In this document: one piece after another, positions 19,230-29,221 of the stretch | Position numbering within the stretch: the first letter of the stretch is position 1 | How the letters are laid out: the number at the start of each line of letters is the position of its first letter | Assembly: GCA_902802365.1 (NCBI GenBank) | Contig: CADCLZ010000001.1 | Coordinates: forward strand, 11,393 to 75,392 | From: an uncultured Erysipelotrichaceae bacterium | Lineage (GTDB): Bacteria; Bacillota_I; Bacilli_A; RFN20; CAG-826 | DNA: 64,000 nucleotides | Direction of reading: 5' to 3' | The notes under the pieces: model-generated | The model's database searches: none | The model's input: only the letters and a program-made list of their open reading frames with translations | Told to the model about the DNA's origin: nothing | Made by a program: the position numbers and the translations under genes

Positions 19230-20759
19230 ATGAACTCTTACAACGACAGGCCTCAAAAGCAAAAAGCAAGCATCAAAAAGAATTATTTGTTCAATCTCAT
19301 ATATCAATTATTTTTAATAATTGTTCCCTTAATTGTTACTCCATATACCTCTAGGGTGCTTCTCCCGGATGGCATTGGGAAAAACGCTTTTGCAAATTCT
19401 TTATTAACCTATTTTACTATTTTCGCAAATCTTGGGTTTGCCTTTTATGGGCAGCGTCTTATCGCAAAAAATCAAAATGATAAAACGGCTCAAAGCGTGG
19501 CTTTTTGGGAAATTATCTTTTGTAGATCGATTCCTACGCTCGTGTCGCTGGTAGCAAACATCGCGTTTTGTTCTTTCAAAATATATGGTGATTACAACGC
19601 TTTAATGTGGTGCAATTGCATTAACCTTTTAGCTCTTGGCTTTGATATATCGTTTTTCTTCCAAGGGAATGAAGATTTCAAAAAATTGGTTGTCAGAAAT
19701 GTCCTTATCAAAAGTTTGTCTGTTGCTGCGGTTTTTCTTTTTGTCAAAAAACCTTCCGATTTATGGATATACGCGTTGATTAATTCGTGCAACGCGTTCT
19801 TTAGCACGCTTGCTATGTGGGTTGGAATCCACAAATATATTATCTCGTGGAAAGGGGAAAAATTGCGCCCGTTTAAGCATTTCAAAGGCGCGTTAACTCT
19901 TTTCGTTCCGGCAATAGCAATTAGCATTTATCTGGTTTTAGACAGAACGTTGATCGGCGTAATGGTGCCCGGGACATATACCGTCGTCGAAAACGGAGTG
20001 GAGGTGGTTAAAAAGTGCGCCGATTTTGAAAACGGGATCTACAACCAATCCGAAACGTTGGTGAAAATGTTTGTGACCGTCGTGACTTCTTTAGGCACGG
20101 TGATGATATCGCGTAATGCTCAAGAATACTCGCAAGGCAATTTGGGCGTCGTTAAAGAAAACATCATAAAATCGTCGCAATTTGTATGGGCGTTAGGTGT
20201 ACCAATAATGTTAGGGCTCATTTCAATCGCTGGCAATTTTGTGCCATGGTTTTTCGGTGAAAATTATTCAAAGTGCATCCTCTTAATTGCTCTATTTTCG
20301 CCTTTGGTATTGATAATAGGGTTCAGCAACATCTTAGCTCATCAATATATGGTCCCGATTGGGTTAGATAAGAAATATACAATAGCAGTAAGCAGCGGGG
20401 CGGCTATCAATCTCCTATTAAATTGCATCTTTATTCCAATTTGGCAGTCGCTTGGCGCCGCGCTTGCTACTGTAATAGCTGAATTTTTCATTACGTCAAT
20501 TTTATTTGTAATGCTCCGAAAAGAAATCGAGATTAAAAAGATGCTTTCTTGTTCGTGGAAGTACTGGCTTTCTGGGGTTTTGATGTTTGCCGTGGTATTC
20601 CCGCTGTCGATTTATGTGTTTTCACCGACAATTCTTTCGATCGTCCTAACCACGATCATCGGAGCAACAATCTATTTCTTGTTTTTGCTGTTGTTAAAAG
20701 ACGATTTAGTTTTTAATTTCTTAAAAATGCTGCAAAGGAAAAAAAATGAAAAGCGTTGA
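19230..20759 (+). CDS. wzx: Polysaccharide flippase (Wzx, MOP superfamily)
   Basis: 509 aa, about 12-14 TM segments. AAGGAGG 9 nt upstream. Typical PS_biosynth/Wzx topology. Confidence 0.8.
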   Translation: MNSYNDRPQKQKASIKKNYLFNLIYQLFLIIVPLIVTPYTSRVLLPDGIGKNAFANSLLTYFTIFANLGFAFYGQRLIAKNQNDKTAQSVAFWEIIFCRSIPTLVSLVANIAFCSFKIYGDYNALMWCNCINLLALGFDISFFFQGNEDFKKLVVRNVLIKSLSVAAVFLFVKKPSDLWIYALINSCNAFFSTLAMWVGIHKYIISWKGEKLRPFKHFKGALTLFVPAIAISIYLVLDRTLIGVMVPGTYTVVENGVEVVKKCADFENGIYNQSETLVKMFVTVVTSLGTVMISRNAQEYSQGNLGVVKENIIKSSQFVWALGVPIMLGLISIAGNFVPWFFGENYSKCILLIALFSPLVLIIGFSNILAHQYMVPIGLDKKYTIAVSSGAAINLLLNCIFIPIWQSLGAALATVIAEFFITSILFVMLRKEIEIKKMLSCSWKYWLSGVLMFAVVFPLSIYVFSPTILSIVLTTIIGATIYFLFLLLLKDDLVFNFLKMLQRKKNEKR

Positions 20760-21744
20760 TGTGCTTCTCAAGGTTTTGCCCTTATCAAAAGGGACCAATT
20801 TAGTTGTGCGCGAAAATGTGGTTTTAATCGTGCATTCAAAAAAGACGATTTACTAATCGCCAAAAAGGGACTCCGAATTTAATCACAATTCTAGTGGGAG
20901 ACAGCCATGGTATTGAAAGGCGTTGCTTGCCAGTATTAATCATGCAAACTCCGAAAAGATGGATGTTTTATCTGCATCCCGAAAGGCACAAAAAGCCAAA
21001 AGCTATATAAGAGTGCAGAAAAATACAACCGGTCCGTCCTTTACATAAAAAGAGACAAATTTCGGCTGGTTCAAAATACGGCTATCAAGTTACATCCTCA
21101 AATGCAAAAGTTTTTAAAGCTTGATGAAGGTATCATAATTGACGAGTCTTATTTTTTCCGCATGAGGAACGCGGAAAACAATGCGGCAGAGGATTGTGAT
21201 TTTGATTCTATCTGCCAACGACCAACATTAACATCACAACATAAAAGGCTTTTCTTTGGCTCTTTGGAAAAGCGGTAATAATTCGAAGCTCTTTATGAGA
21301 AGCGCCCTCTTGCTATTGACTTTTCCATAAATTGCTAGATGTTGCGGTTTTCTGACAGATTTAATCAGCCAAAACTTTGTAAAAACTTCTGAAAAATGGC
21401 TGCTAAATCATGATGGATATAAGCCGATTTCTGCAAGGTTCAGTATTGGGGCTTGTCATTTTGCGCGCGATTTATGGGACGCGATTTATGGGAAAAGTTG
21501 GTTTTTTGTTGGATTTGAGGAGGAATTGGTGTAGAAGAATCGCAAATGTGCAATTATTGCACGGTTCATTGGAAGACTGTTGTTTGCACTTACAAACGTC
21601 AACAGGTTATTTAGGCCAATAACCTCAAATAAAGGCCTGCAAAAAACCTTTTTAGAGAACAGCGAAGCTTTCCACACCTATTGAAGGAATTAAAAATTTG
21701 ATGCGTTCGTTAATGGGCGGGAATCGAATCAGCTCGTCTCAAAG

Positions 21745-21773
21745 GTTTGTAGCACCTGATGCTTAGTTTATAG
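21745..21773 (+). promoter_or_regulatory. Putative promoter for the rfbF-rfbG-glf-epimerase-cupin operon
   Basis: TTGTAG - 16 nt - TATAGT about 30 nt upstream of ATG 21802 (RBS AAAGGA). Confidence 0.35.
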
Positions 21774-21801
21774 TAAAATAAGCAGGGCAAAGGATTAAAA
21801 A

Positions 21802-22581
21802 ATGAAAGTTGTTATTTTGGCCGGTGGCCGCGGAACGCGGATCTCCGAAGAATCTCATTTAAAACCAAAACCGATGATTACGATCGGCAAATATCCCATT
21901 CTCGTTCATATCATGAGAATTTATGCTGCCCAAGGTTTTAATGATTTCATCATTTGTGCCGGCTATAAGCAAGAAGTTATTAAAGAGTATTTTGAAAATT
22001 TTGCCATTTATACAAATGACGTTACTTTCGACCTCCGGACCATGGAAAAAACCTTTCACCACGACCCTAAATTCAATTGGCGTATCACTGTCGCCGATAC
22101 TGGCTATTCGACACAAACCGGCGGAAGGGTATTAAGATCAAAAGAATACATCGGGGATACAGAGCCTTTTTTGCTCACATATGGCGATGCCGTTGGCGAT
22201 ATCGATGTTAATGCAGTCATAGCATCTCATAAAAAGTCTGGTAAGCTTGCGACGATTTGCGTTTATAACTTTGGGCAATCTAAGGGGGTTGTTGAGGTAG
22301 ACGAAGACGGCTCCGTCGAAGCGTTTAGAGAAAAATCTGATTTAGACGGCGATTTAATTAATATCGGTTTTATGATCCTTGAGCCGGTCATTTTTAAAAT
22401 GATTGAAGGGAAAGAAACCGTGCTTGAAGATGTTCTCAAGGATTTGGCTATTAAAGGGCAATTAAATGCATATGTCCATAAAGGATTCTGGCAATGCATG
22501 GACACCATGAGAGAAAAGGAATATCTCGAGAAGCTTGATGCCTCTGAGAAGTGCCCTTGGAAAGTGTGGGCTAAACAATGA
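21802..22581 (+). CDS. rfbF: Glucose-1-phosphate cytidylyltransferase
   Basis: MKVVILAGGRGTRISEES...KPKPMITIGKYPIL. Collinear with RfbF/DdhA. Confidence 0.9.
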   Translation: MKVVILAGGRGTRISEESHLKPKPMITIGKYPILVHIMRIYAAQGFNDFIICAGYKQEVIKEYFENFAIYTNDVTFDLRTMEKTFHHDPKFNWRITVADTGYSTQTGGRVLRSKEYIGDTEPFLLTYGDAVGDIDVNAVIASHKKSGKLATICVYNFGQSKGVVEVDEDGSVEAFREKSDLDGDLINIGFMILEPVIFKMIEGKETVLEDVLKDLAIKGQLNAYVHKGFWQCMDTMREKEYLEKLDASEKCPWKVWAKQ

Positions 22582-23651
22582 AGCTCGATTTAAATTTTTA
22601 TAGTGGAAAAACCATATTAATAACAGGACACACCGGTTTTAAAGGCTCTTGGCTTTGCAAGATTTTGATTAATGCAGGCGCCAAAGTTATCGGCTATTCC
22701 TTGGAGGCTCCGACCAATCCAAATCTTTTCTCTTTGTCCAAAATCGAATCCCAGATGACTTCGATTATTGGAGATATCCGCGATTTCAGCAAACTCTTAA
22801 ATGTCTTTAAGAAGTATCGACCGGAAATTGTCTTTCATTTGGCAGCTCAGCCCATCGTTAGAGATTCTTACAAAGAACCCCGTTATACTTACGAAACCAA
22901 TGTAATGGGGACATGTAATGTTTTGGAGTGCATCCGCTTGACCGATTCGGTTAAGTCATTTTTAAACGTGACCACAGACAAAGTTTATCTCAATGACGAG
23001 ACTCCCGATCATCCGTTCAAAGAAGACGAACCGTTGGATGGCTATGATCCATACAGCAACAGCAAATCCTGCAGCGAATTGGTGACTCACGCTTATAAAA
23101 AATCTTTTTTTGCAGACAACCGGGTCGCCATCTCCACCGCACGCGCGGGCAATGTCATCGGAGGAGGCGATTTTGCGAATGACCGAATTATCCCCGACGC
23201 AGTCCGCGCAATAGAAAAAGGCGAAAGCATCTTTGTCAGAAATCCCAATTCAACACGCCCTTACCAACATGTGTTAGAGCCTTTATACGCGTATCTTTTG
23301 ATTGCGGAGGCTCAGTATCAAGACAACCGATTCAGCGATTATTACAATGTTGGGCCAGACAACTGCGATTGCGTCACCACCGGTCAACTCATGAATCTTT
23401 TCGTGAAAGCGTGGGGCAACGGCCTGTCTTGGTACACTGGTGAGAATCAAGGGCCACATGAGGCCGCTTTCTTAAAACTTGACAACACAAAAATTAAAGA
23501 TGTTTTTGGTTGGAAGCCAAAATGGCATATGACTGAAACTATTAAAAAAATCGCAGAATGGACAAAGGTCTATCTCGATCATCCTGAAGAAGTGCCGACC
23601 ATCATGGATCTTCAAATTGAAGAGTTCTTGTCCGCTGAGGCAGAAAAATGA
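22578..23651 (+). CDS. rfbG: CDP-glucose 4,6-dehydratase
   Basis: ILITGHTGFKGSWL...YSNSK. Start overlaps the rfbF stop. Confidence 0.9.
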   Translation: MKLDLNFYSGKTILITGHTGFKGSWLCKILINAGAKVIGYSLEAPTNPNLFSLSKIESQMTSIIGDIRDFSKLLNVFKKYRPEIVFHLAAQPIVRDSYKEPRYTYETNVMGTCNVLECIRLTDSVKSFLNVTTDKVYLNDETPDHPFKEDEPLDGYDPYSNSKSCSELVTHAYKKSFFADNRVAISTARAGNVIGGGDFANDRIIPDAVRAIEKGESIFVRNPNSTRPYQHVLEPLYAYLLIAEAQYQDNRFSDYYNVGPDNCDCVTTGQLMNLFVKAWGNGLSWYTGENQGPHEAAFLKLDNTKIKDVFGWKPKWHMTETIKKIAEWTKVYLDHPEEVPTIMDLQIEEFLSAEAEK

Positions 23652-24817
23652 GTTTTGATGCCATCGTCGTCGGCAGCGGGCTTTGTGGCTCGGTGATTGC
23701 CAGAGAATTGGCGAAAACCGGGAACAGGGTTCTAGTGTTGGAGAAAAGAAGTCACGTCGGCGGTAACCTTTATGATTTTCGGCAAAAGAATGGCTTCTTA
23801 GTCCAAAAATACGGCCCTCATACTTTTCATACAAAAGACAAAAATCTCTTTGATTACATTTCCCGTTATGAGGAGTGGGAACCTTTTTCTTTGAGGTGCG
23901 GAGCCATCATAGATGGCATAGAAACACCATCTCCCTTCAACTTCAAAACGATCGATCAATTTTATTCCCCCAAAGACGCAGAGGATTTAAAAAAACGCTT
24001 AGAAAATTATTATGGTTTTGGAACGACTGCAACCGTCGTGGAAGTTTTGGAAAACAAGGATCCAAAAATCAGCGCTTACGCCCGCTTTTTGTTTGAGAAG
24101 GATTATTCCCCGTACACCGCTAAACAATGGGGCATTTCGCCTTCTGAGATTGACCTATCGGTGCTTAAAAGGGTGCCTTTAAGATTCTCATATCGAGAAG
24201 GCTATTTTGATGATACTTATGAAGTTATGCCGAAACACTCGTTTACCGCGTTCATCGAAAATCTCCTGAACCACGAGAACATCGAATGCAAAACCGGTGT
24301 CGATGCGATCCCTCTTCTTTCATTCAAAGATAACAAAGTAATCTATGAAGATAAGGCGCCTCTGATTGTTTTCACTGGTCCTTTGGATGCGCTATTTGCC
24401 TTCAAATTCGGAGAGCTCCCCTATCGTTCCTTACGTTTCGAATTTAAATCCGCGGGAGAACAAGGCATCCAAAAATACCCCGTCACTGCTTATCCGGAGG
24501 CAAAAGATTTCACTCGCATCACCGATTACCGCCATCTACCGGAGCAGCCAGGATATAAAGAAACCACTTATGCGGTTGAATATTCTCTCCCATATAAACC
24601 AGGAGAGAAAAATGAGCCTTTCTATCCCATTCTTACCGAATCAAGCAAGAAACAATATAGACAATATGAGACATTGGCGAAAAGCTTCTCTAACCTTTAT
24701 TGCTGCGGTAGACTCGCGGAATTCAAATACTACAACATGGATCAGGCGCTGAAGAAAGCGTTAGAAATCGCTGAAAGAATTCTATCTGATATTGAAACAA
24801 GGGGTGTAAGTTTATGA
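23648..24817 (+). CDS. glf: UDP-galactopyranose mutase
   Basis: DAIVVGSGLCGSVIA FAD motif. GPHTFHT. Length and collinearity with Glf. Confidence 0.9.
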   Translation: MSFDAIVVGSGLCGSVIARELAKTGNRVLVLEKRSHVGGNLYDFRQKNGFLVQKYGPHTFHTKDKNLFDYISRYEEWEPFSLRCGAIIDGIETPSPFNFKTIDQFYSPKDAEDLKKRLENYYGFGTTATVVEVLENKDPKISAYARFLFEKDYSPYTAKQWGISPSEIDLSVLKRVPLRFSYREGYFDDTYEVMPKHSFTAFIENLLNHENIECKTGVDAIPLLSFKDNKVIYEDKAPLIVFTGPLDALFAFKFGELPYRSLRFEFKSAGEQGIQKYPVTAYPEAKDFTRITDYRHLPEQPGYKETTYAVEYSLPYKPGEKNEPFYPILTESSKKQYRQYETLAKSFSNLYCCGRLAEFKYYNMDQALKKALEIAERILSDIETRGVSL

Positions 24818-25731
24818 AAGCAATCGTCACAGGAGCCTGCGGATTCGTGGGAAGCAATCTTGTCAAAGTCTTGGTCGCCCATGGCATCGAGGTTCTTTGC
24901 CTCGATATCAAAATCGACCCTTCCAAACTCCCTAATAGCCAATTGGTAAAAACGATTGAACTATCCATCGATCATGTCGATAAACTTCTTGAAATAATAG
25001 AAGAAGGAGAATATCAACTGTTTTATCATTTCGCGTGGCTAGGGAGCGCTGGGCCGCTCCGTATGGATGAAAAGGTTCAGGTTCAGAATGCGATATGGAC
25101 CATCGATTGTTTACGAATCGCTAAGAAAATCGGCTGCCAGAAATTTATTTGTTCTGGCTCAATTATGGAATTCGAGGTGCATGAAGCAATGTACGCGCAA
25201 GGGAGCAAACCTGGTTTGGCTTACCTTTATGGGGTTGGCAAGGTCCTAGCTCATGAGATGGCCAAACCGATTGCCAATAATTTGGGAATCGAGTTGGTTT
25301 GGGCTTATATAACTAACGCGTATGGCGTCGGCGAAAAATCTCCTCGTTTCATAAACACAACGCTGCGGAAGATCAACCACAAAGAACGCTTGGAATTTAC
25401 TGCAGGAACGCAGAACTACGATTTCGTCTACATCGATGACGTCGCTAACGCCTTTTATTTATTAGGAATCAAAGGCAAGGCCAACAAGGGTTATATCATC
25501 GGCTCGGGCGATGCCAAACCTTTGAAAGAATTCATTTTGGAAATGACAAACGCCAACGCTCCAGATAATCCTCCGCATTTTGGGGATATCCCCTTTACTG
25601 GAGTGAATATACCCCTGTCAACATTTGACATTTCTCCAATCCAAGAGGACTGTGGATTCGAACCAACAGTGTCTTTTGCCGAAGGGACGAAACAAACGAT
25701 GAACTGGCTAAAGGAGATCGACCATGATTAA
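24814..25731 (+). CDS. NAD-dependent epimerase/reductase (SDR) of CDP-/NDP-6-deoxyhexose pathways
   Basis: AIVTGACGFVGSNL Rossmann motif. Y..K catalytic region. Translationally coupled to glf. Confidence 0.75.
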   Translation: MKAIVTGACGFVGSNLVKVLVAHGIEVLCLDIKIDPSKLPNSQLVKTIELSIDHVDKLLEIIEEGEYQLFYHFAWLGSAGPLRMDEKVQVQNAIWTIDCLRIAKKIGCQKFICSGSIMEFEVHEAMYAQGSKPGLAYLYGVGKVLAHEMAKPIANNLGIELVWAYITNAYGVGEKSPRFINTTLRKINHKERLEFTAGTQNYDFVYIDDVANAFYLLGIKGKANKGYIIGSGDAKPLKEFILEMTNANAPDNPPHFGDIPFTGVNIPLSTFDISPIQEDCGFEPTVSFAEGTKQTMNWLKEIDHD

Positions 25732-26299
25732 ATGGAATTTTGAAAAACTCGATTTGGAAGGAGCGTATTTGATTACGCCCTTCTTCGCCGAGGACATCCG
25801 CGGCGGTTTTTTAAAGGATTATTCTCAAGAAGTTTTTGAGCAAAACGGTATTCGCCATGATCTTAAAGAGGTCTTTTATACCATCTCTCATAAAGGTGTC
25901 ATCCGCGCAATGCATTTCCAAAGAGTAAAACAGCAGGCCAAGCTCGTGCGCTGCGTCTCCGGCAAAGTCTATGACGTCATTATTGACCTCCGCAAAGACT
26001 CTTCAACCTTCAAACAATGGAGAGGATTTATCCTCTCAGGGGAAAATCAAAAAGAACTTTTGATTCCTGAAGGGTTTGGACATGGTTATCTGGTTTTGGA
26101 AGATTCCATTGTTTCTTATAAATGCGCGGAGAAGTTTTACGGCGAATATGATGATGGAATCCGTTATGATGACCCTGATATGGGCATTAGTTGGCCATAT
26201 GAAAAAGTTGGCGGGAAAGAGAAAGTAATCAATTCCATCAAGGACGATAATCTGCAGTCATTTAAAGAATTTCTTTCCAATTACGAGGCCTTTTTATAA
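25724..26299 (+). CDS. RmlC-like cupin (NDP-4-keto-6-deoxy-sugar 3,5-epimerase family)
   Basis: FLKDYSQ...RAMHFQ...VYDVIIDLRKDS...GFGHGY. Collinear with dTDP-4-dehydrorhamnose 3,5-epimerase. Confidence 0.8.
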   Translation: MIKWNFEKLDLEGAYLITPFFAEDIRGGFLKDYSQEVFEQNGIRHDLKEVFYTISHKGVIRAMHFQRVKQQAKLVRCVSGKVYDVIIDLRKDSSTFKQWRGFILSGENQKELLIPEGFGHGYLVLEDSIVSYKCAEKFYGEYDDGIRYDDPDMGISWPYEKVGGKEKVINSIKDDNLQSFKEFLSNYEAFL

Positions 26300-27062
26300 T
26301 CCCCCTCAAAATAGCGTCCGGTGGTTCTGCTTTTTCGGGCAGCATAGCCCTCTGCCGCGGGACGGACCAACGCCTGCATCTGTCGTCGGCTATCCGTTGA
26401 ACGGATCTCCGTCAAAGTCGGTCGACAACTGCGCGGCGGCCTGATCTTCTTTGAGCCGATTTCGGATGTGCTTCGCAATCTTCTTCATGTTCCTCCCGAC
26501 CGTTTCCACGTAGTGCCCTCTGCGCCGGAATTCTCGGTTCCGGCGCTTGAGCTTCGCGTTTCCCCGCTTCCGGCAGATCATCAGCGACGACTTTCCCTTC
26601 AGGCATCCCATTATCCCGGAAACCGGGAGTTTGGGCGGGGCCGAAATCAGCGTGTGCCCGTGGTCGGGGCGGACCTCCGCCTCGTGGATGGGATCCCCTT
26701 CCATTCGCAGAGCTTCCTGAGGATCGGGCCGATCTCCAGCCTCTTCAAACCCCTTCCTCCGGCATTTCGGGGTGGAGACGACGTGGCACTTACAGTTCCA
26801 GCACGCATGCGCTGAACTTAGGCTGTCGGATGAATTCGGCATGCGGCTCCTTTCAGATGGCGCGTTGGTCCGCCCCATCGTGATAGGAGCCTTTTTGCGG
26901 ATCAGGCAAAGCTGAAAGCTCAACCGAACTTCCAGACTATTGGGGAGTTTTCGCTTGCTGGATGCTCTGCATCGGCTCAGACAACAAAATCGCCGTCATG
27001 CAAAGACTGGACGCTCTTCTCCCTTTTATACACCTTAGCCGGCGGAAAATATCTTTTTGCTT
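26300..27062 (-). mobile_element. IS200/IS605-family insertion sequence (tnpA only), copy 1
   Basis: GC-rich (about 57%) block beginning right after the cupin stop. Contains tnpA. The left-end 210 bp recur at 30085-30293. Confidence 0.7.
26390..26842 (-). CDS. tnpA: IS200-type HUH (Y1) transposase TnpA
   Basis: From M28: MPNSSDSLSSAHACWNCKCHVVSTPKCRRKGF...DHGHTLIS (HuH)...GKSSLMI...RRGHYVETVGRN (catalytic Tyr). Collinear with IS608 TnpA, about 150 aa. Confidence 0.7.
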   Translation of the reverse strand: MPNSSDSLSSAHACWNCKCHVVSTPKCRRKGFEEAGDRPDPQEALRMEGDPIHEAEVRPDHGHTLISAPPKLPVSGIMGCLKGKSSLMICRKRGNAKLKRRNREFRRRGHYVETVGRNMKKIAKHIRNRLKEDQAAAQLSTDFDGDPFNG

Positions 27063-27160
27063 AACCTCTCACATCGTTGGTATGGGGTAAAATCTGTTTT
27101 ACGCTTCCCAAAACGCGATGAATCAAAGCAAACTTATTCCCTTTCCGCTACAATAAAATC

Positions 27161-28048
27161 ATGCAAGATAAGCCGAAAAACGTGCGTTGCCCAATCTGCC
27201 GAAAATACAAGTATCCGACCGAAGACCATATTCCTCCTCGTTCATGCGGAAACAGTCAAAACACCAAATATCATTTCTTCTTAACCGATTACATCGGAAG
27301 CCAAAACCGTACTGAGTTTATTTCGCAAGGTGGATTAAAAAGACGCTTTCTTTGCTCGGATTGCAACAACAGGCTTTTGGGCGCAGGACCGGACAAAGAA
27401 TTGGGGAGCCTTTGCCAAACGGCCGCGAAAGCGATCAGCGAAAAAGAATCATCTTTAACATGGGAAGGCGATATAAAACAAATCATTGTTGCCGCCTTAG
27501 GGCATATTTTGGGAGCCATGCATTATGACAAGTCGCTTCCCGCCAAAGAAATGAGAGCGTTCATTCATAAAGGCATCGTTCCCGAACAATCAAAGTTATT
27601 TCTATTCCTTTATCCTTTTCACGAAATATTTGTTGTCCGAGATTGCGTTGCCGCTCCATTAAAGCCCAATAAGCAATCGATTTTAACGGAACCAATAGGG
27701 CTATCGGGAATGTATTTTTATCCTCTGGCTTTTATATACACCGAAAAAGAAAACTTAGGGAACGGTTTGGATCTCTTTGAAATTTATCAAGAGGGCGAAA
27801 CCAAGATTACATTAAATATCGATTCTTGGTCCAATCCTATAACAAAAACCGTTCTTCCAGCGGATTGGCCGTTTCATCTTGACAATATCAATGACAACCT
27901 CGATTCGGGGTGCATGACGATGGCGGGCGCAGCTGGAGGCGAAAGCATCTCAACAATTCCTCAATCAAAAGGAGTTCTTATAAAAATACATCATAAGAAC
28001 GGAACGCTGACAAACCCCGCCACAAACGAATTGCTTCGATTCAAATAA
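27161..28048 (+). CDS. HNH-motif nuclease-like N-terminus fused to about 200 aa uncharacterised domain
   Basis: CPICRKYKYPTEDHIPPRSCGN...N...FLCSDCNNRL: CxxC...DH...N...CxxCN beta-beta-alpha-Me pattern. Rest unrecognised. Cargo between the two IS200 copies. Confidence 0.55.
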   Translation: MQDKPKNVRCPICRKYKYPTEDHIPPRSCGNSQNTKYHFFLTDYIGSQNRTEFISQGGLKRRFLCSDCNNRLLGAGPDKELGSLCQTAAKAISEKESSLTWEGDIKQIIVAALGHILGAMHYDKSLPAKEMRAFIHKGIVPEQSKLFLFLYPFHEIFVVRDCVAAPLKPNKQSILTEPIGLSGMYFYPLAFIYTEKENLGNGLDLFEIYQEGETKITLNIDSWSNPITKTVLPADWPFHLDNINDNLDSGCMTMAGAAGGESISTIPQSKGVLIKIHHKNGTLTNPATNELLRFK

Positions 28049-28448
28049 ACATTAAAAAAGGTTTCATATAAGGCGAAAATGTGCCGCAACATCGAAACCG
28101 AGCGCTGCCACCCTCTTGACACCATTTCGTTCAAGAGACAACAATTCTAGCGTGCAAGCGTCTTTTATTACTACGATCGTTCTATTCGAGGCCGCTTCCG
28201 TCATGGAAAAAGCTATAAAGGGCTTTAATGATAGAAACCTTTCTTTGGCGCAGTCACTTCCCTTTTTTCAAATGGGTATTCTATCGTTTTCTCGATTTTA
28301 CCTCCTCGTGAAGCGAATCAGCATGTGGAAGAGCTCTTTCAAAGATGGTGATGAAGAGCCGCTTGGGGTGAGCCATATGATTGTCTGAAAGCCCATTCCG
28401 CTTAAATATTTATGGAATCATCCCTACTCTTTCGTTAGAATGGGGGTC

Positions 28449-29192
28449 ATGAAAAAAGAAGGCCAAACAACAATCGATATTTTATCCGCAAACAAAACAA
28501 CCCTTGAGCTTTTGCACAAGGACCCCAACAACCGCGACCGGAGCTATGAGCACTTCCACCGCGCCTTCATCGAGCAGCTAAATAAGGCGGAGGCCGAAAG
28601 GGATCTCGATTACCTGACCCTCCACCTATTCGCCTATCTGGCCTCCTGGGGGATGCTCAGGGGTTCGACCTTCTCCCTCCAGAAAGACTATCTGTTCCAT
28701 AAACCGATCATTGAGATCCTCCTGGACGAAAAATACAAAAGGCTATTGGACATTTCATGGGAGGATCTCGACGAAGATGCGATTCGTGACATCCTCGACC
28801 TCAAGGCGAGGATCACGGCTTATTATAAGGGAGAGTCCTACATCTCTTCCGTTTACGCCTCCGCCCCGGAGATAAAAAGGATCGCCTGCGTCCATGACGT
28901 CCTCGTCTCCAAAATCCTTTTAGGCTCCTATTCCTGCGTCCTGGCCTACGACACCAATGTGAGGGGAGGGCTAAAAAGCAAAGGCCTTTGCCAAAGCTTC
29001 GGGAAAAGGAGCCTATCTCAGCTAAAGGAATTCGCGGGGGAACACGCCGAAGAGTTGGCGGAAGCGTCAAGACTCATGGAAGCCGAACGGGGCATGAAAT
29101 ATTCGGATATGAAGCTATTGGATTCCTATTTCTTTGCCTTGGGGGCCGCGGAGTATGAGAAAAAGAGGGCCCTTGAATCGCAGTTGGGGTAG
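28449..29192 (+). CDS. Hypothetical protein (GC-rich, no recognisable motifs)
   Basis: 248 aa. TGGGGGTC 2 nt upstream of ATG 28449 (the ORF track starts at 28440). About 54% GC, acidic helical composition. Confidence 0.45.
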   Translation: MKKEGQTTIDILSANKTTLELLHKDPNNRDRSYEHFHRAFIEQLNKAEAERDLDYLTLHLFAYLASWGMLRGSTFSLQKDYLFHKPIIEILLDEKYKRLLDISWEDLDEDAIRDILDLKARITAYYKGESYISSVYASAPEIKRIACVHDVLVSKILLGSYSCVLAYDTNVRGGLKSKGLCQSFGKRSLSQLKEFAGEHAEELAEASRLMEAERGMKYSDMKLLDSYFFALGAAEYEKKRALESQLG

Positions 29193-29221
29193 CCCATCAA
29201 TTTGCCCTAAGAGATTACTTT

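Noticed and set aside
26468-26815. 115-aa plus-strand ORF
   Set aside because: Antisense to IS200 tnpA.
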